IMG/VR virus record: IMGVR_UViG_3300037993_001242
Coordinates: 32,001-96,000 of that record
Direction: 5' to 3' (one strand)
Length of the DNA stretch: 64,000 nt
From: a virus
Both the position numbers and the translations under genes were made by a program. Under the pieces are notes generated by a model. It saw only the letters and a program-made list of their open reading frames with translations. It searched no databases and was not told where the DNA came from. Below are positions 19,851 through 28,791 of the stretch, in pieces (the stretch's first letter is position 1; each line of letters begins with the position of its first letter).

Positions 19851-20078
19851 TTAAGAATACCGGTCGGGCAGACGGGCGCGCCAGTTGTCCTCCCAGTTTG
19901 CTGCTGCTTCAAATTGAGCGCGCACTTCTTCCAAAGTGGGCGGTGGTAAATTGCGCAGGTTTTCCATGCGTTGTTTCAGCCATAACGGAGCACCGAGACC
20001 GTCATCATAGTCACCGGTGCTGAGCGCTGTCAGCGCACAATGCTTAAAATCTTCATGTGTGCCTTCTTCAATTATCAT
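19851..20078 (-). CDS. Hypothetical protein
   Basis: 75-aa ORF in a co-oriented run. Confidence 0.5.
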   Translation of the reverse strand: MIIEEGTHEDFKHCALTALSTGDYDDGLGAPLWLKQRMENLRNLPPPTLEEVRAQFEAAANWEDNWRARLPDRYS

Positions 20079-20088
20079 CGAAATAAAA

Positions 20089-20118
20089 GCGGCTGGACGG
20101 AAATATCCATCCAGCCGC
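20089..20118 (-). terminator. Intrinsic terminator after the Ro60 gene
   Basis: GCGGCTGGA/TCCAGCCGC stem followed by a T-run on the minus strand. Confidence 0.7.
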
Positions 20119-20132
20119 CGTGATTGTCTACG

Positions 20133-21848
20133 CTAATCTTCGGCTTCGTCGGCAGCAACCTTGCGGTCGCCCCGGATGAAGTCGGCGATTACCGGCGGAG
20201 CCGACGCGTCGAAACCGACCACGTCCATGCCCCACTTGTCCTCCGGGTCGTTGACCGTGAAGTCGTTGGCGCAGGTACCCACGAACACTGACCGGGTATC
20301 CGGCACGAACTTTTCACGGTACTCCCGCAGGCGCAGAGTTGGATGCGGGCCTTGGTTGACCTCGCCGTCGGTCATAACGATCAGACCGCCGATCTTCAGA
20401 CGGTTTTGCAGTGCGTACTCGATTGCCAAGCTGATGTTGGTCGAACCGAAGTTGTTCACCTGTGCCCGACGGCACGCCGTTTCCAGCGTCATGCCCTTGC
20501 GGATGCCAAGCTCGCGGAAGGTATCCGCGAATCCGAAGATATGGCATTCCGGCTCGACGCTGGCGTGAACCAGCGACAGGGCGGCGACGGCCTCACACGA
20601 AGACAGGGGAGTTCCTGCCATCGCCGAGGACATCGAACCGGACACGTCCAGCGCGATCAACAGCGGCTTGCCGCACGGTTCAACGTTCGGGAACGCCGCG
20701 TAAAAGGCTTCGTCCAGCGCCGTCATGATTGACGGAACCGGCGTCCAGCTTAGCTTACCCTTGTCACCATGGCCTTGACCGTAAATCTTGGTCGCGATCA
20801 AGACCTGCATCGGGTGAACGCGTGACTTCTTCAGGAACGCGCCGTCCTGCAACCGCTTCTGGACGAGCTTGGTGGCTTCGCCCAGCGGCTTCAGGAGACC
20901 GAGGCTGGTCATCTTGCCAAGATTACGGATCGTCGCCGTCAACGGCATCTTCTGCAACAGGGCTTCCCAGACCGCGAGGCTGTTGAGCTTCTCGGTCGGT
21001 ACGGCCTCACGCGGCAGGTTGTGCTCGGTGATCAGCTTGACCAGCGCCTTTTCGTCGGCAGTCTTGGCTTCCTCGAACGCGCCGATGATGTCCGGCAGAT
21101 ACTTTTTGACGGAAGGATACTTCCGAATACGCGGGATGTCCGGTGCCATTGACTTCGGCAGGTTGGGAAACTTTCGGGTGACCTCGCGGGCACCCAGCGC
21201 GTCCTTGCCGCCGATGATCCAGCGGAAGACGGCCTGCTGTGCCTTGACCTCGGTGACCGGGTGGGCCACGCGAAGCACGTCACGAGCCGACCAGCCGTCG
21301 CGCTGCTGATACTTGACGACCTGCGCCGCCAAACGGTCAGCGGGCATGTCCGTGAACCAGCGGGCGATAGCGCGCCGGAAACCAGAGCCGCCGCCCCGCA
21401 TCGCCGAACAGTACTGCATGAAGTGGTACAGGTGCGTACCAATCCGGCAGACCTTCGGCAGCGCGGCATAAGCTGCCTGCCGGGCTTCCGCGTCACCGTG
21501 GGTGGCGACCAGCGCCAGTGCAAAAATGGCCGGGTCGTTCTTGTAGGCGCGTCCCTTGACGGACACATCTACAATCTCCTTGACCGTCCGCACACCGCTG
21601 GCCTTGATACACTGCAACACCGCGTCGTGGCCCTGCTTGAGCAAGTCCTTTTCGTCGATGTAATAGGTGCCGCCTTCGGTACCGAGAATCAAAAACCGCG
21701 CCAGCTTGTCCCAGATGCTGACCTTCCAGACGTACGCGCCGTCCGAGTCCTGAACCTGATTCTTGCCCGGCAACGGAGTGTATACAGAGGTCGTGCGCGA
21801 ACGCTTGGCTGACCGGGTGTCGAACTGCTTGGTGCTGATGAGTGCCAT
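20133..21848 (-). CDS. rsr: Ro60/TROVE-domain RNA-binding protein with C-terminal vWA
   Basis: LARFLILGTEGGTYY, KYQQRDGWSARDVLRVAHP, MPLTATIRNLGKMT, RVHPM, LIALDVSGSM (MIDAS), IVMTDGE, DVVGFDASAP; start MALISTK with AAGGA upstream. Confidence 0.95.
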   Translation of the reverse strand: MALISTKQFDTRSAKRSRTTSVYTPLPGKNQVQDSDGAYVWKVSIWDKLARFLILGTEGGTYYIDEKDLLKQGHDAVLQCIKASGVRTVKEIVDVSVKGRAYKNDPAIFALALVATHGDAEARQAAYAALPKVCRIGTHLYHFMQYCSAMRGGGSGFRRAIARWFTDMPADRLAAQVVKYQQRDGWSARDVLRVAHPVTEVKAQQAVFRWIIGGKDALGAREVTRKFPNLPKSMAPDIPRIRKYPSVKKYLPDIIGAFEEAKTADEKALVKLITEHNLPREAVPTEKLNSLAVWEALLQKMPLTATIRNLGKMTSLGLLKPLGEATKLVQKRLQDGAFLKKSRVHPMQVLIATKIYGQGHGDKGKLSWTPVPSIMTALDEAFYAAFPNVEPCGKPLLIALDVSGSMSSAMAGTPLSSCEAVAALSLVHASVEPECHIFGFADTFRELGIRKGMTLETACRRAQVNNFGSTNISLAIEYALQNRLKIGGLIVMTDGEVNQGPHPTLRLREYREKFVPDTRSVFVGTCANDFTVNDPEDKWGMDVVGFDASAPPVIADFIRGDRKVAADEAED

Positions 21849-21940
21849 ATCCTTGGAATGACAATCACACTCCAACTACGATGTGTTTTCGGGTTTTCAC
21901 CGTTGGCCCATGCCATGGGCCTGATTCTGTTTTTGTTGGA

Positions 21941-21963
21941 CGCAGGCAAGTTGGCGGCCTGCG
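21941..21963 (-). promoter_or_regulatory. Miniature Y-RNA-like bulged-C stem in the Ro60 leader
   Basis: Minus strand CGCAGGC-C-GCCAAC-TTGCCTGCG mirrors the GGGC-C-GA/TTGCCC stems of the Y RNAs. Confidence 0.45.
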
Positions 21964-21992
21964 AATGTCTACATTGCTGAGAACTGCATTTT

Positions 21993-22367
21993 TTAAGATT
22001 TGTTTACGAAAAAATTACAGGTTGACGTTGGCTCAACCCTGAACCGGTGTAAAAGGCATCTTGGCGGAAACCGATGCCAACCTTGTGCTTTTTTATAATA
22101 CACACAACAAATACATCCTAGTACGTCGCCCGGTGCCCGTTTTCTACTGGAACTAAGATAACCAACTTCTTCCTGTTGCCCGCGTTTGAACAATCTTTTG
22201 ACTGTGCCGACTGACCGCTGTTGAATTTTGGCTATCTTTACCCACGAAACTCCGGTTCTGCGAAGCTCGATAATGTAGGCCCAGCGCCGCCGCATCATTT
22301 TTCGGCCATTTTCAGGGGAAAGAATGCGCAGAACTTCTCGTTTGCTGACAACGTCTGGATCAAACAT
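21993..22367 (-). CDS. Helix-turn-helix protein
   Basis: LRRTGVSWVKIAKIQQRSVGTVKRLF. Confidence 0.6.
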   Translation of the reverse strand: MFDPDVVSKREVLRILSPENGRKMMRRRWAYIIELRRTGVSWVKIAKIQQRSVGTVKRLFKRGQQEEVGYLSSSRKRAPGDVLGCICCVYYKKAQGWHRFPPRCLLHRFRVEPTSTCNFFVNKS

Positions 22368-22380
22368 GCAGTAAATAAAA

Positions 22381-22517
22381 GCGGGCAAGGGTTTGGGTCG
22401 GAGATGGCTTTCGCCAAACCACTGCTCTGCCAATTGAGCTACCCCGGCATTTGCGCCGGAGGCTGGAATCGAACCAGCAACCAACGGTTTTATGATAACC
22501 AACCACAGTCGGCCCGC
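22381..22517 (-). ncRNA. Y RNA 1, YrlA-like with permuted tRNA module
   Basis: GCGGGCCGA...GGTTATC...T-arm GCTGGTTCGATTCCAGC, acceptor CTCCGGC/GCCGGGG closed by a loop, D-arm TAGCTCAATTGGCAGAGC...CCTTGCCCGC; ~530 nt upstream of Ro60, same strand. Confidence 0.85.
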
Positions 22518-22523
22518 TAAAGT

Positions 22524-22835
22524 TTATGGCCCGCGCAGGCGGTTTAACCGCCAATCAGTTGGTGTCGAATCCGCAATCTCTTCACCGCTGACTGTGCTGA
22601 TCGTGCCGTCTTCGTTATGCACGGTTAAAATTCTATTTTCGTAATCCCACTCCCAGCTTTCATCCCAATTACCGGTAGCACTACTGCTATCCCTGACCCA
22701 ACGCGCAATGCCGTCCAATTCAACCGCATGACTTGGCATCTGATTGTCCAGATGCTGAAGATAATCCTTCGGTCGAATCACATCAGGATCATCTTCCAGC
22801 AAAAAATCAACAAGCTGTTTTGGTGCCAAACCCAC
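22524..22835 (-). CDS. LLE-motif hypothetical protein
   Basis: LAPKQLVDFLLEDDPDVIRPKDYL; GTAGTTA upstream. Confidence 0.7.
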   Translation of the reverse strand: MGLAPKQLVDFLLEDDPDVIRPKDYLQHLDNQMPSHAVELDGIARWVRDSSSATGNWDESWEWDYENRILTVHNEDGTISTVSGEEIADSTPTDWRLNRLRGP

Positions 22836-22940
22836 GCCGTAACTACTAAAGGCACAGGCGGGGCGTTCTCATGGGGGTGGGAGCCACCACGCCCGAATCT
22901 CAGTTCCACCCTGAACTGCTTTCAATACCTGTGCCAAAAA

Positions 22941-23017
22941 TGGTGCCAAGGGCTGGTTTCGATCCAGCGACACCGACCTCTTCAGGGTCGTGCTCTACCA
23001 ATCTGAGCTACCTTGGC
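22941..23017 (-). tRNA. tRNA-Phe(GAA) copy 1
   Basis: Loop CTGAAGA; T-loop ATCGAAA. Confidence 0.9.
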
Positions 23018-23019
23018 AA

Positions 23020-23265
23020 TGGTGCTGTCTTGGAACCTTCAGCAGTGGGTCGCAGTTCCGCCGTTGCTTAAATAAGCCGCAGTACTAACGCTAATGAGCG
23101 TCTGGAACACACTGCGACCCCCAGTCACGCTATTGACGACAACTTGTACTTGTCTCCCACAACCGGGTCAGCGCATTCCGCTCAAGATGGTATTGGTATC
23201 AAGCCGTGGTAGTTTACGTGATTTTCCCACACTTACGGGCAGATTTTACGATCTGCAACAGCACC
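23020..23265 (-). ncRNA. Candidate structured ncRNA, ~245 nt, unknown class
   Basis: Ends pair (GGTGCTGTT/GACAGCACC); internal GGGTCGCAGT/ACTGCGACCC helix and several hairpins; no ORF. Confidence 0.5.
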
Positions 23266-23345
23266 AAAAATAACGTCCGGGAAGCCCTCAGAAAGGTCGG
23301 TGCGAACGACGCACCGTGATGTTAAAAACGAGCCACCCGGACACA

Positions 23346-23771
23346 TGGTGGAGGCGGCGAGAGTTGAACTCGCGTCTTTGACTCCGTTGCATGTTGCCAC
23401 TACACGCTTATCCCGTTTTGTACAAGCTCAGCCAGTTGGGCATCTATGTGAAAAAATCTGAGCAGGTTCGGTTGATCCAACCGTAGAAGCGCCGACATTG
23501 CTCGGCACTCACACGATCCTGCTGCATCGCTCGACCCGCCGTAGCAGGCATCCAGCGGCGAACGGTGTGGCGCTTTAGGCCACAGCAAGTTCGGCATTCA
23601 GGACGGCATCAGGGTTGGCGAAAATCGCTTCCGCCTGAGCCAGCAAGCCTGCCGGACAATCATTTGCTTCGTCAGCATTTGAGTTTTGATCCGAGTTTTT
23701 AGCGAGGCCAACGAATCATCCTCGGCGTGCAACAGCATACTTCAGTTTCAAATCGAAACCAGTACGCCCCC
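23346..23771 (-). ncRNA. ssrA: tmRNA
   Basis: 5' GGGGGCGTACTGGTTTCGA; 3' GCGAGTTCAACTCTCGCCGCCTCCACCA with G3-U70; tag frame 23575-23676 ADEANDCPAGLLAQAEAIFANPDAVLNAELAVA*. Confidence 0.93.
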
Positions 23772-23790
23772 ATTTCAAAGATCAAAAAAC

Positions 23791-23852
23791 GATGGGCAAG
23801 GTGGTGCAGGAAGGGTTGTCCAAGGATGATAACCTTCCAACTTCGGCCCATC
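23791..23852 (-). ncRNA. Y RNA 2, short (62 nt)
   Basis: GATGGGCCGA-AGTTGGAA-GGTTATC...CCTTGCCCATC. Confidence 0.75.
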
Positions 23853-23954
23853 AATTCGACCCGGCCCCGTCGTCAGTTCGTGCCGGAACGCACAAGAATG
23901 TCCATGCCCGGCTGATCAATTCCGGGCGCTGACCCAGTTGTACCTGTGCCAAAT

Positions 23955-24031
23955 TGGTTGCGGGGGAAGGATTCCAACCTCCGACCTCTTGGTTATGAGC
24001 CAAGCGCGCTTGCGGACTGCGCCACCCCGCG
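23955..24031 (-). tRNA. tRNA-fMet(CAT)
   Basis: C1:A72 mismatch, CGCGGGG acceptor; only two G-C pairs at the anticodon stem base; T-loop TTGGAAT. Confidence 0.85.
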
Positions 24032-24097
24032 ATCAAAAAGAACACGATATTTGTAATCCTGCTGATTAAAAACGTCAACAAAATTTTCACAGGAAAT

Positions 24098-24181
24098 TGG
24101 TCGGCGCGAAGGGACTTGAACCCCCAAGGATCACTCATTTTGAATGAGGTCAGTCTGCCATTCCTGATGAACCACGCGCCG
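24098..24181 (-). tRNA. tRNA-Leu(CAA)
   Basis: Loop TTCAAAA; expanded D region, short variable arm. Confidence 0.85.
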
Positions 24182-24185
24182 AAAA

Positions 24186-24494
24186 TCAATCTTCGCCGGT
24201 GACCTGCCGCAAAAGTTTTTTGGCGTAGTCCGCCGCGATCCACACTTCCGCTTCGTCGTCGTCGATGTAAACTTCAAAACCAACGTCGTTTTTATTGCAG
24301 TAGTCGTAGACCGCTTTAACCTCTGGATTGGTTTGGGCAATGTATTCGGCTACATAATCGGCAGCATAATTCCCGGCAAATCCGATTTTGCGCAAATCGA
24401 TTAGTTGGTCATACGTGGCCTGTTGAAACCACGGTTCAGCATCGAAGCTAACCTCCATGGCATTGTCATCGGATATGATTGTCGCCGGGATCAT
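24186..24494 (-). CDS. Hypothetical protein
   Basis: MIPATIISD...; GTATTTA 5 nt upstream. Confidence 0.65.
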   Translation of the reverse strand: MIPATIISDDNAMEVSFDAEPWFQQATYDQLIDLRKIGFAGNYAADYVAEYIAQTNPEVKAVYDYCNKNDVGFEVYIDDDEAEVWIAADYAKKLLRQVTGED

Positions 24495-24506
24495 CGTCTT
24501 AAATAC

Positions 24507-24591
24507 TGGTCGCCGGAGCGGGACTCGAACCCGCAAGGCTGCTGGATTTTAAGTCCAGTGGGTCTGCCAATTCCACCTTAACCACCCGGCG
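24507..24591 (-). tRNA. tRNA-Leu(TAA)
   Basis: Loop CTTAAAA; expanded D region, short variable arm. Confidence 0.85.
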
Positions 24592-24632
24592 AATACTCCA
24601 AAAAGTTTCTGATGAACGGAAGTAGTTAAGCC

Positions 24633-25646
24633 GTGAGAACAAAACACAAGATTCTGTTCATCCTGAAACGGCATCACTATGGGCCGTCCTACGGATTGCT
24701 GAATTCCTGCCAGTTCGTCGCCGAAGCTCTCCGCAGGGAAGGCGTCGAGACCAAAATCATCGAAGTTGTAGACAACAACAGCATTGACCGTGAAGTCACG
24801 CGCTATTTGCCGACGCACGTAATCATCGAAGCTTTGTGGGTTGTTCCCCAAAAATTTCCCGTCTTGCTCCAACTTCATCCCGCCATCCAGTGGGCCGTTC
24901 GCATTCACAGTAACGCACCGTTTCTTTCCGGCGAAGGCATGGCGCTGGAATGGCTGTACGGCTACGGCAAGGTGGCCAAAACTTTCAGTAATTTCCATGT
25001 CGGAGCCAACAGCCGCAAAATGTCCACGGAACTTGATCTGGCGTTGGGTATGGACTCCCTTTATCTGCCAAACATTTACACCGACAGCCTGACCCAGAAA
25101 CGACTGCCTCCGCCATTTGAAAAATCACATCAGGCGCACGTGAACATCGGCTGCTTTGGCGCGATCCGACCGCTCAAAAATCACTTGGAGCAGGCGCTGG
25201 CCGCGATTATTTTTGCCCGTTCAATTGGGCGGCCATTACGATTCCACATCAACGCCACCCGTGTTGAACAAAATTCCGATCCGATTTTGCGCAACTTGAT
25301 CAGCCTGTTCGCCCACGGGCCAAATCATTTGGTACAGCATCCGTGGATGCCGCACGATCAATTCATCGAAGTGCTGCGCCGCATGGATTATGGAATGCAG
25401 GTCAGTTTCTCGGAAACCTTCAACATCGTGGCCGCCGACTTCGTATACAACGAAATCCCGTTCGTTGGATCAAAGGAAATTGAATGGCTGGCATCCCACA
25501 GTATTGCCGATCCAACCAACTGGGAAAGCATTGTTGACCGGCTAAACCAAAGCTACTCGCACCACATCATTCACGAAAACAAACACGCCCTGCATTCTTT
25601 CAGTATTCAATCACTGAAAGAATGGCTGGAATACATCGACGATTAA
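24633..25646 (+). CDS. Glycosyltransferase, GT-B/GT4-like
   Basis: IGCFGAIRPLKN, MQVSFSETFNIVAAD. Confidence 0.75.
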   Translation: MRTKHKILFILKRHHYGPSYGLLNSCQFVAEALRREGVETKIIEVVDNNSIDREVTRYLPTHVIIEALWVVPQKFPVLLQLHPAIQWAVRIHSNAPFLSGEGMALEWLYGYGKVAKTFSNFHVGANSRKMSTELDLALGMDSLYLPNIYTDSLTQKRLPPPFEKSHQAHVNIGCFGAIRPLKNHLEQALAAIIFARSIGRPLRFHINATRVEQNSDPILRNLISLFAHGPNHLVQHPWMPHDQFIEVLRRMDYGMQVSFSETFNIVAADFVYNEIPFVGSKEIEWLASHSIADPTNWESIVDRLNQSYSHHIIHENKHALHSFSIQSLKEWLEYIDD

Positions 25647-25650
25647 AATT

Positions 25651-26445
25651 ATGGCCTTTAGACACAACACCAAATACGGCTGGCGGCGCGACCGCCCGGA
25701 CATCCGCGACTTCAAATTCGAGCGCATGGTCACGCTCAAAACCCTGCGCACCACGGCGCTTCCGGCGCACGTTTATCTGCGCCGTTTTTGCTCACAAATT
25801 ACAGATCAGGGCCAACTTGGGTCTTGCACTGCCAACGCATTGACCAATCTGCTGGAATACAACGAATGTGCCAACGGACGCGGCGGTAAACAGTTCAAGG
25901 ATTTGAGCCGTCTTTTTGTTTATTACAACGAACGGACACTGGAAGGTACTGCTGGTCAGGACGCCGGAGCCGAACTGCGTGATGGCATCAAATCATTGGC
26001 CACCTACGGGGTCTGCCCGGAAACCGAATGGCCTTACGTCGAAAATAAATTTGCCATGCCTCCCACGACACAATGCTACGGCGACGCCATTCCTTACAAA
26101 ATCCACAGCTACTACACCCTGAACACCCTTACTGACATGCGCGTTAGCTTGGCTAACGGCAATCCCTTCGTCTTCGGATTCACTGTATACGAATCGTTTG
26201 AATCTGACGAAGTCGCCAGCACCGGAATCGTCCAGATGCCCAAAGCGGGCGAACAAGTTTTAGGTGGTCATGCGGTCATGGCCATGGGCTACAACGACGC
26301 CCAGCAGCGGTTCCTCGTCAAAAACTCGTGGGGCAAAGACTGGGGTCTCAAAGGCGAATTGGGCGGCTATTTCACCTTGCCCTACGGCTATTTTACCGAC
26401 CCAAACCTGTCGTCCGACTTTTGGACGGTGGTCAAGGACATCTGA
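25651..26445 (+). CDS. Papain-like C1A cysteine peptidase
   Basis: DQGQLGSCTANA, GGHAV, KNSWGKDWG. Confidence 0.92.
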   Translation: MAFRHNTKYGWRRDRPDIRDFKFERMVTLKTLRTTALPAHVYLRRFCSQITDQGQLGSCTANALTNLLEYNECANGRGGKQFKDLSRLFVYYNERTLEGTAGQDAGAELRDGIKSLATYGVCPETEWPYVENKFAMPPTTQCYGDAIPYKIHSYYTLNTLTDMRVSLANGNPFVFGFTVYESFESDEVASTGIVQMPKAGEQVLGGHAVMAMGYNDAQQRFLVKNSWGKDWGLKGELGGYFTLPYGYFTDPNLSSDFWTVVKDI

Positions 26446-26448
26446 AAT

Positions 26449-26533
26449 TGGTGCCGGTGAAGGGACTCGAACCCCCAAGGCTGCGGCGTCCTAAGCGCCG
26501 TGGGTCTGCCAATTCCCCGTTAACCACACCGGC
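26449..26533 (-). tRNA. tRNA-Leu(TAG)
   Basis: Loop CTTAGGA. Confidence 0.85.
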
Positions 26534-26539
26534 ATAAAT

Positions 26540-26623
26540 TGGTCGCGCTGAGTGGACTTGAACCACCAAGGATCACCGCCTCTGAAGCGGGCCGGTCTGC
26601 CATTCCCGGTAAACCACAGCGCG
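26540..26623 (-). tRNA. tRNA-Leu(CAG)
   Basis: Loop TTCAGAG. Confidence 0.85.
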
Positions 26624-26635
26624 TAATTAAATCAG

Positions 26636-27244
26636 ATGAAACGAAATCCAAAGCCGCTGCCAGATCGTGGCGATCCGGCGCATGATCCGCATCTCCCGCA
26701 CACGACGCGGTATCAAAAACGCGACATTGAGCACCTGATCCCACCAGAAGCCAATGCCGTTATCGAGCAGCAGTGGCCGGAGGTTATTCGTACGTTCCAG
26801 CAATACGATGAAGGCGCTGGAATGCTGATGCTTTTTGGCCTCGTCCGCGACGCGTGCAAAGCAGCAAAGTGGCCTGACACCATGGCCTATCAGATGCGCG
26901 ATTATCTGCTCACCAAGCTCAATGCCGAAAAAGTCAAAACATACACCGGGAGCGATGACCGCCCCGGTGACTGGAAGGTTTTCAACATGAAAGAGTCCGC
27001 CGAACAAATTGTCGACCGTCTGCTGGAATACGGCCTACCCAATACTCCCACAAGCGCCGATCTTAAAATCGAAAATCACGGCAGCATCGTTTTGGTTCGG
27101 CCCTTAACCGACGCCGGTAAAGAAGGGCTGCGAAGAACCGCCCCTGAAGATGCACAATTCATGGGCGACGCCATGGCGGTCGAACCCCGCTACGTCGAAG
27201 GCGTCACTGACGCCGCGCAAGAGGATGGTCTGACCGTTTCGTAG
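26636..27244 (+). CDS. Hypothetical protein with internal LLE motif
   Basis: Internal ESAEQIVDRLLEYG; GTAATTA upstream. Confidence 0.7.
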   Translation: MKRNPKPLPDRGDPAHDPHLPHTTRYQKRDIEHLIPPEANAVIEQQWPEVIRTFQQYDEGAGMLMLFGLVRDACKAAKWPDTMAYQMRDYLLTKLNAEKVKTYTGSDDRPGDWKVFNMKESAEQIVDRLLEYGLPNTPTSADLKIENHGSIVLVRPLTDAGKEGLRRTAPEDAQFMGDAMAVEPRYVEGVTDAAQEDGLTVS

Positions 27245-27255
27245 TTAACATCGGT

Positions 27256-27789
27256 ATGAACATCGACGAACGAGAAGCCAAACTGAGCACCGGCAAACGC
27301 TTTGCCAAACTGGAGCGGCCATCGACCCGCAAAAAAAGCACCCAAGACACAGGTGCAAGCTGGATGCCACACGGCGGCCAAAAAACATCCAGCAAAGAAC
27401 GCCTTCAAAAAAGTGGCGCAAGCTGGCTACCACATCACGAATCTGCCGCCCAGATCGTGGCCCGCCTGCTGGAATATGAAAATGTTGCCAGCACGGGAGG
27501 GCCGGGCAACACCGGTACTGGTTACAACCCGGAAACTCTGCACCAAACCATTCGCTATTTGATGCAGACGCTCGGTATCGACTATCCAGAAGCGCGTGAT
27601 ATTGCCATGCAGCATCACGATCCCAAAGCGGGCGGTACACGTGAACCAATGCAGGCGGCTGAACCTGAAGCGGCGGAACCACCGCCTGAACGACCGTTGA
27701 TGACGCAACGGCCTGAAACTCATTGCGGTCGCTGTGGATCGAGACATCACCACACCGCCAATTGCCACTTGAGCGGCATACCGCTGTAA
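27256..27789 (+). CDS. Hypothetical protein with internal LLE motif and C-terminal Zn knuckle
   Basis: ESAAQIVARLLEYE; CGRCGSRHHHTANC. Confidence 0.7.
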   Translation: MNIDEREAKLSTGKRFAKLERPSTRKKSTQDTGASWMPHGGQKTSSKERLQKSGASWLPHHESAAQIVARLLEYENVASTGGPGNTGTGYNPETLHQTIRYLMQTLGIDYPEARDIAMQHHDPKAGGTREPMQAAEPEAAEPPPERPLMTQRPETHCGRCGSRHHHTANCHLSGIPL

Positions 27790-27791
27790 AA

Positions 27792-27866
27792 TGGTACGCC
27801 CGACTGGACTTTAACCAGTAACCTGTGGTTCCGAAGACCACTGCTCTATCATTGAGCTACGAGCGC
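27792..27866 (-). tRNA. tRNA-Arg(TCG)
   Basis: Loop CTTCGGA; T-loop TTAAAGT. Confidence 0.85.
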
Positions 27867-28088
27867 ATGAAAGCCGAACAAATCGTTAACATCCTTCTGG
27901 AAGCCGGGCCAGATGAAGTCCCGCCCAAGGACTATCTTAAAAAAGTCCCTCCGCCTCCACGTTGTCCGATGTGTGACAGCTTTAACGTCAAGGTCGTGCG
28001 CCGCCCGGAAGACAATTCCATCGATTACGCGGAATGTTTGGACTGCGGCGAAATCGGGCTGTCTTTCTTTAGCGACGAGAATAGTTAA
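27867..28088 (+). CDS. LLE-motif Zn-ribbon protein
   Basis: MKAEQIVNILLEAGPDEVPPKDYL; CPMC...CLDC. Confidence 0.7.
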   Translation: MKAEQIVNILLEAGPDEVPPKDYLKKVPPPPRCPMCDSFNVKVVRRPEDNSIDYAECLDCGEIGLSFFSDENS

Positions 28089-28092
28089 AGTG

Positions 28093-28362
28093 ATGAATGC
28101 AAAACAGATTGTAACTGTGCTTCTTGAACTGGAGCACCCCATTGCCCGTTGCCCCGTTTGCAGCGGAAACAGTATGCACGAAATCATGGGTCTTGAACAC
28201 GGCTGGCGTTGTAATATCTGCGGACACGAATTCCAGTGGCCACCACCAGAGCATCCTCCTTTGGCTGGAGAAAAAACCAAATCAAAAATCCCACCCAAAG
28301 CCATGATGATGGCCGTCACTGGCGGTTCGGACTTCCCGATTGCAGGCGGCGGTCAGGGCTGA
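28093..28362 (+). CDS. LLE-motif Zn-ribbon protein
   Basis: MNAKQIVTVLLELE; CPVC...CNIC. Confidence 0.7.
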   Translation: MNAKQIVTVLLELEHPIARCPVCSGNSMHEIMGLEHGWRCNICGHEFQWPPPEHPPLAGEKTKSKIPPKAMMMAVTGGSDFPIAGGGQG

Positions 28363-28376
28363 CGTAGTTAAGATAT

Positions 28377-28790
28377 ATGGCAGACAGCACAACAACCAAC
28401 GGTGTGGTTCTTCAAACGCCTTACGCGTACCTGAAGAATTTCGTAAGAGTGCGCCCGTTTACGGTATCAGTGATCGGCGTCAATCCGCTGCTCAATCAAA
28501 ACAGCGACAATTTGCGAGTCTTCCCCACCAACTACCAGAGCCAACTATACGGTGTCGCCAATGGCATCATTGTATACGTCGGTGACAAAATTCATTTCGA
28601 CCTTCAAGCCCCTTGCAACGATGCCACGGCCCCTGCCTTTGACCTCATTCAAGTCAACCCATCGACTGGTGTCGAGACGACGCAGGAAACGGCGCGGTTT
28701 ACCGCCAAATGGCAGCGCAGCATGGTCATCACCGTCACGGCCATCAACGCCTCAACGGGAGCCATTACGTACACTGTCGCTTATCGGTAA
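28377..28790 (+). CDS. Hypothetical beta-rich protein, possibly virion-associated
   Basis: 137 aa, Thr/Val-rich; GTAGTTA upstream. Confidence 0.7.
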   Translation: MADSTTTNGVVLQTPYAYLKNFVRVRPFTVSVIGVNPLLNQNSDNLRVFPTNYQSQLYGVANGIIVYVGDKIHFDLQAPCNDATAPAFDLIQVNPSTGVETTQETARFTAKWQRSMVITVTAINASTGAITYTVAYR

Positions 28791-28791
28791 A

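Noticed and set aside
23855-23900. Hammerhead ribozyme (CTGACGA...GAA)
   Set aside because: The stem II closing pair and GAAA do not fit the consensus.
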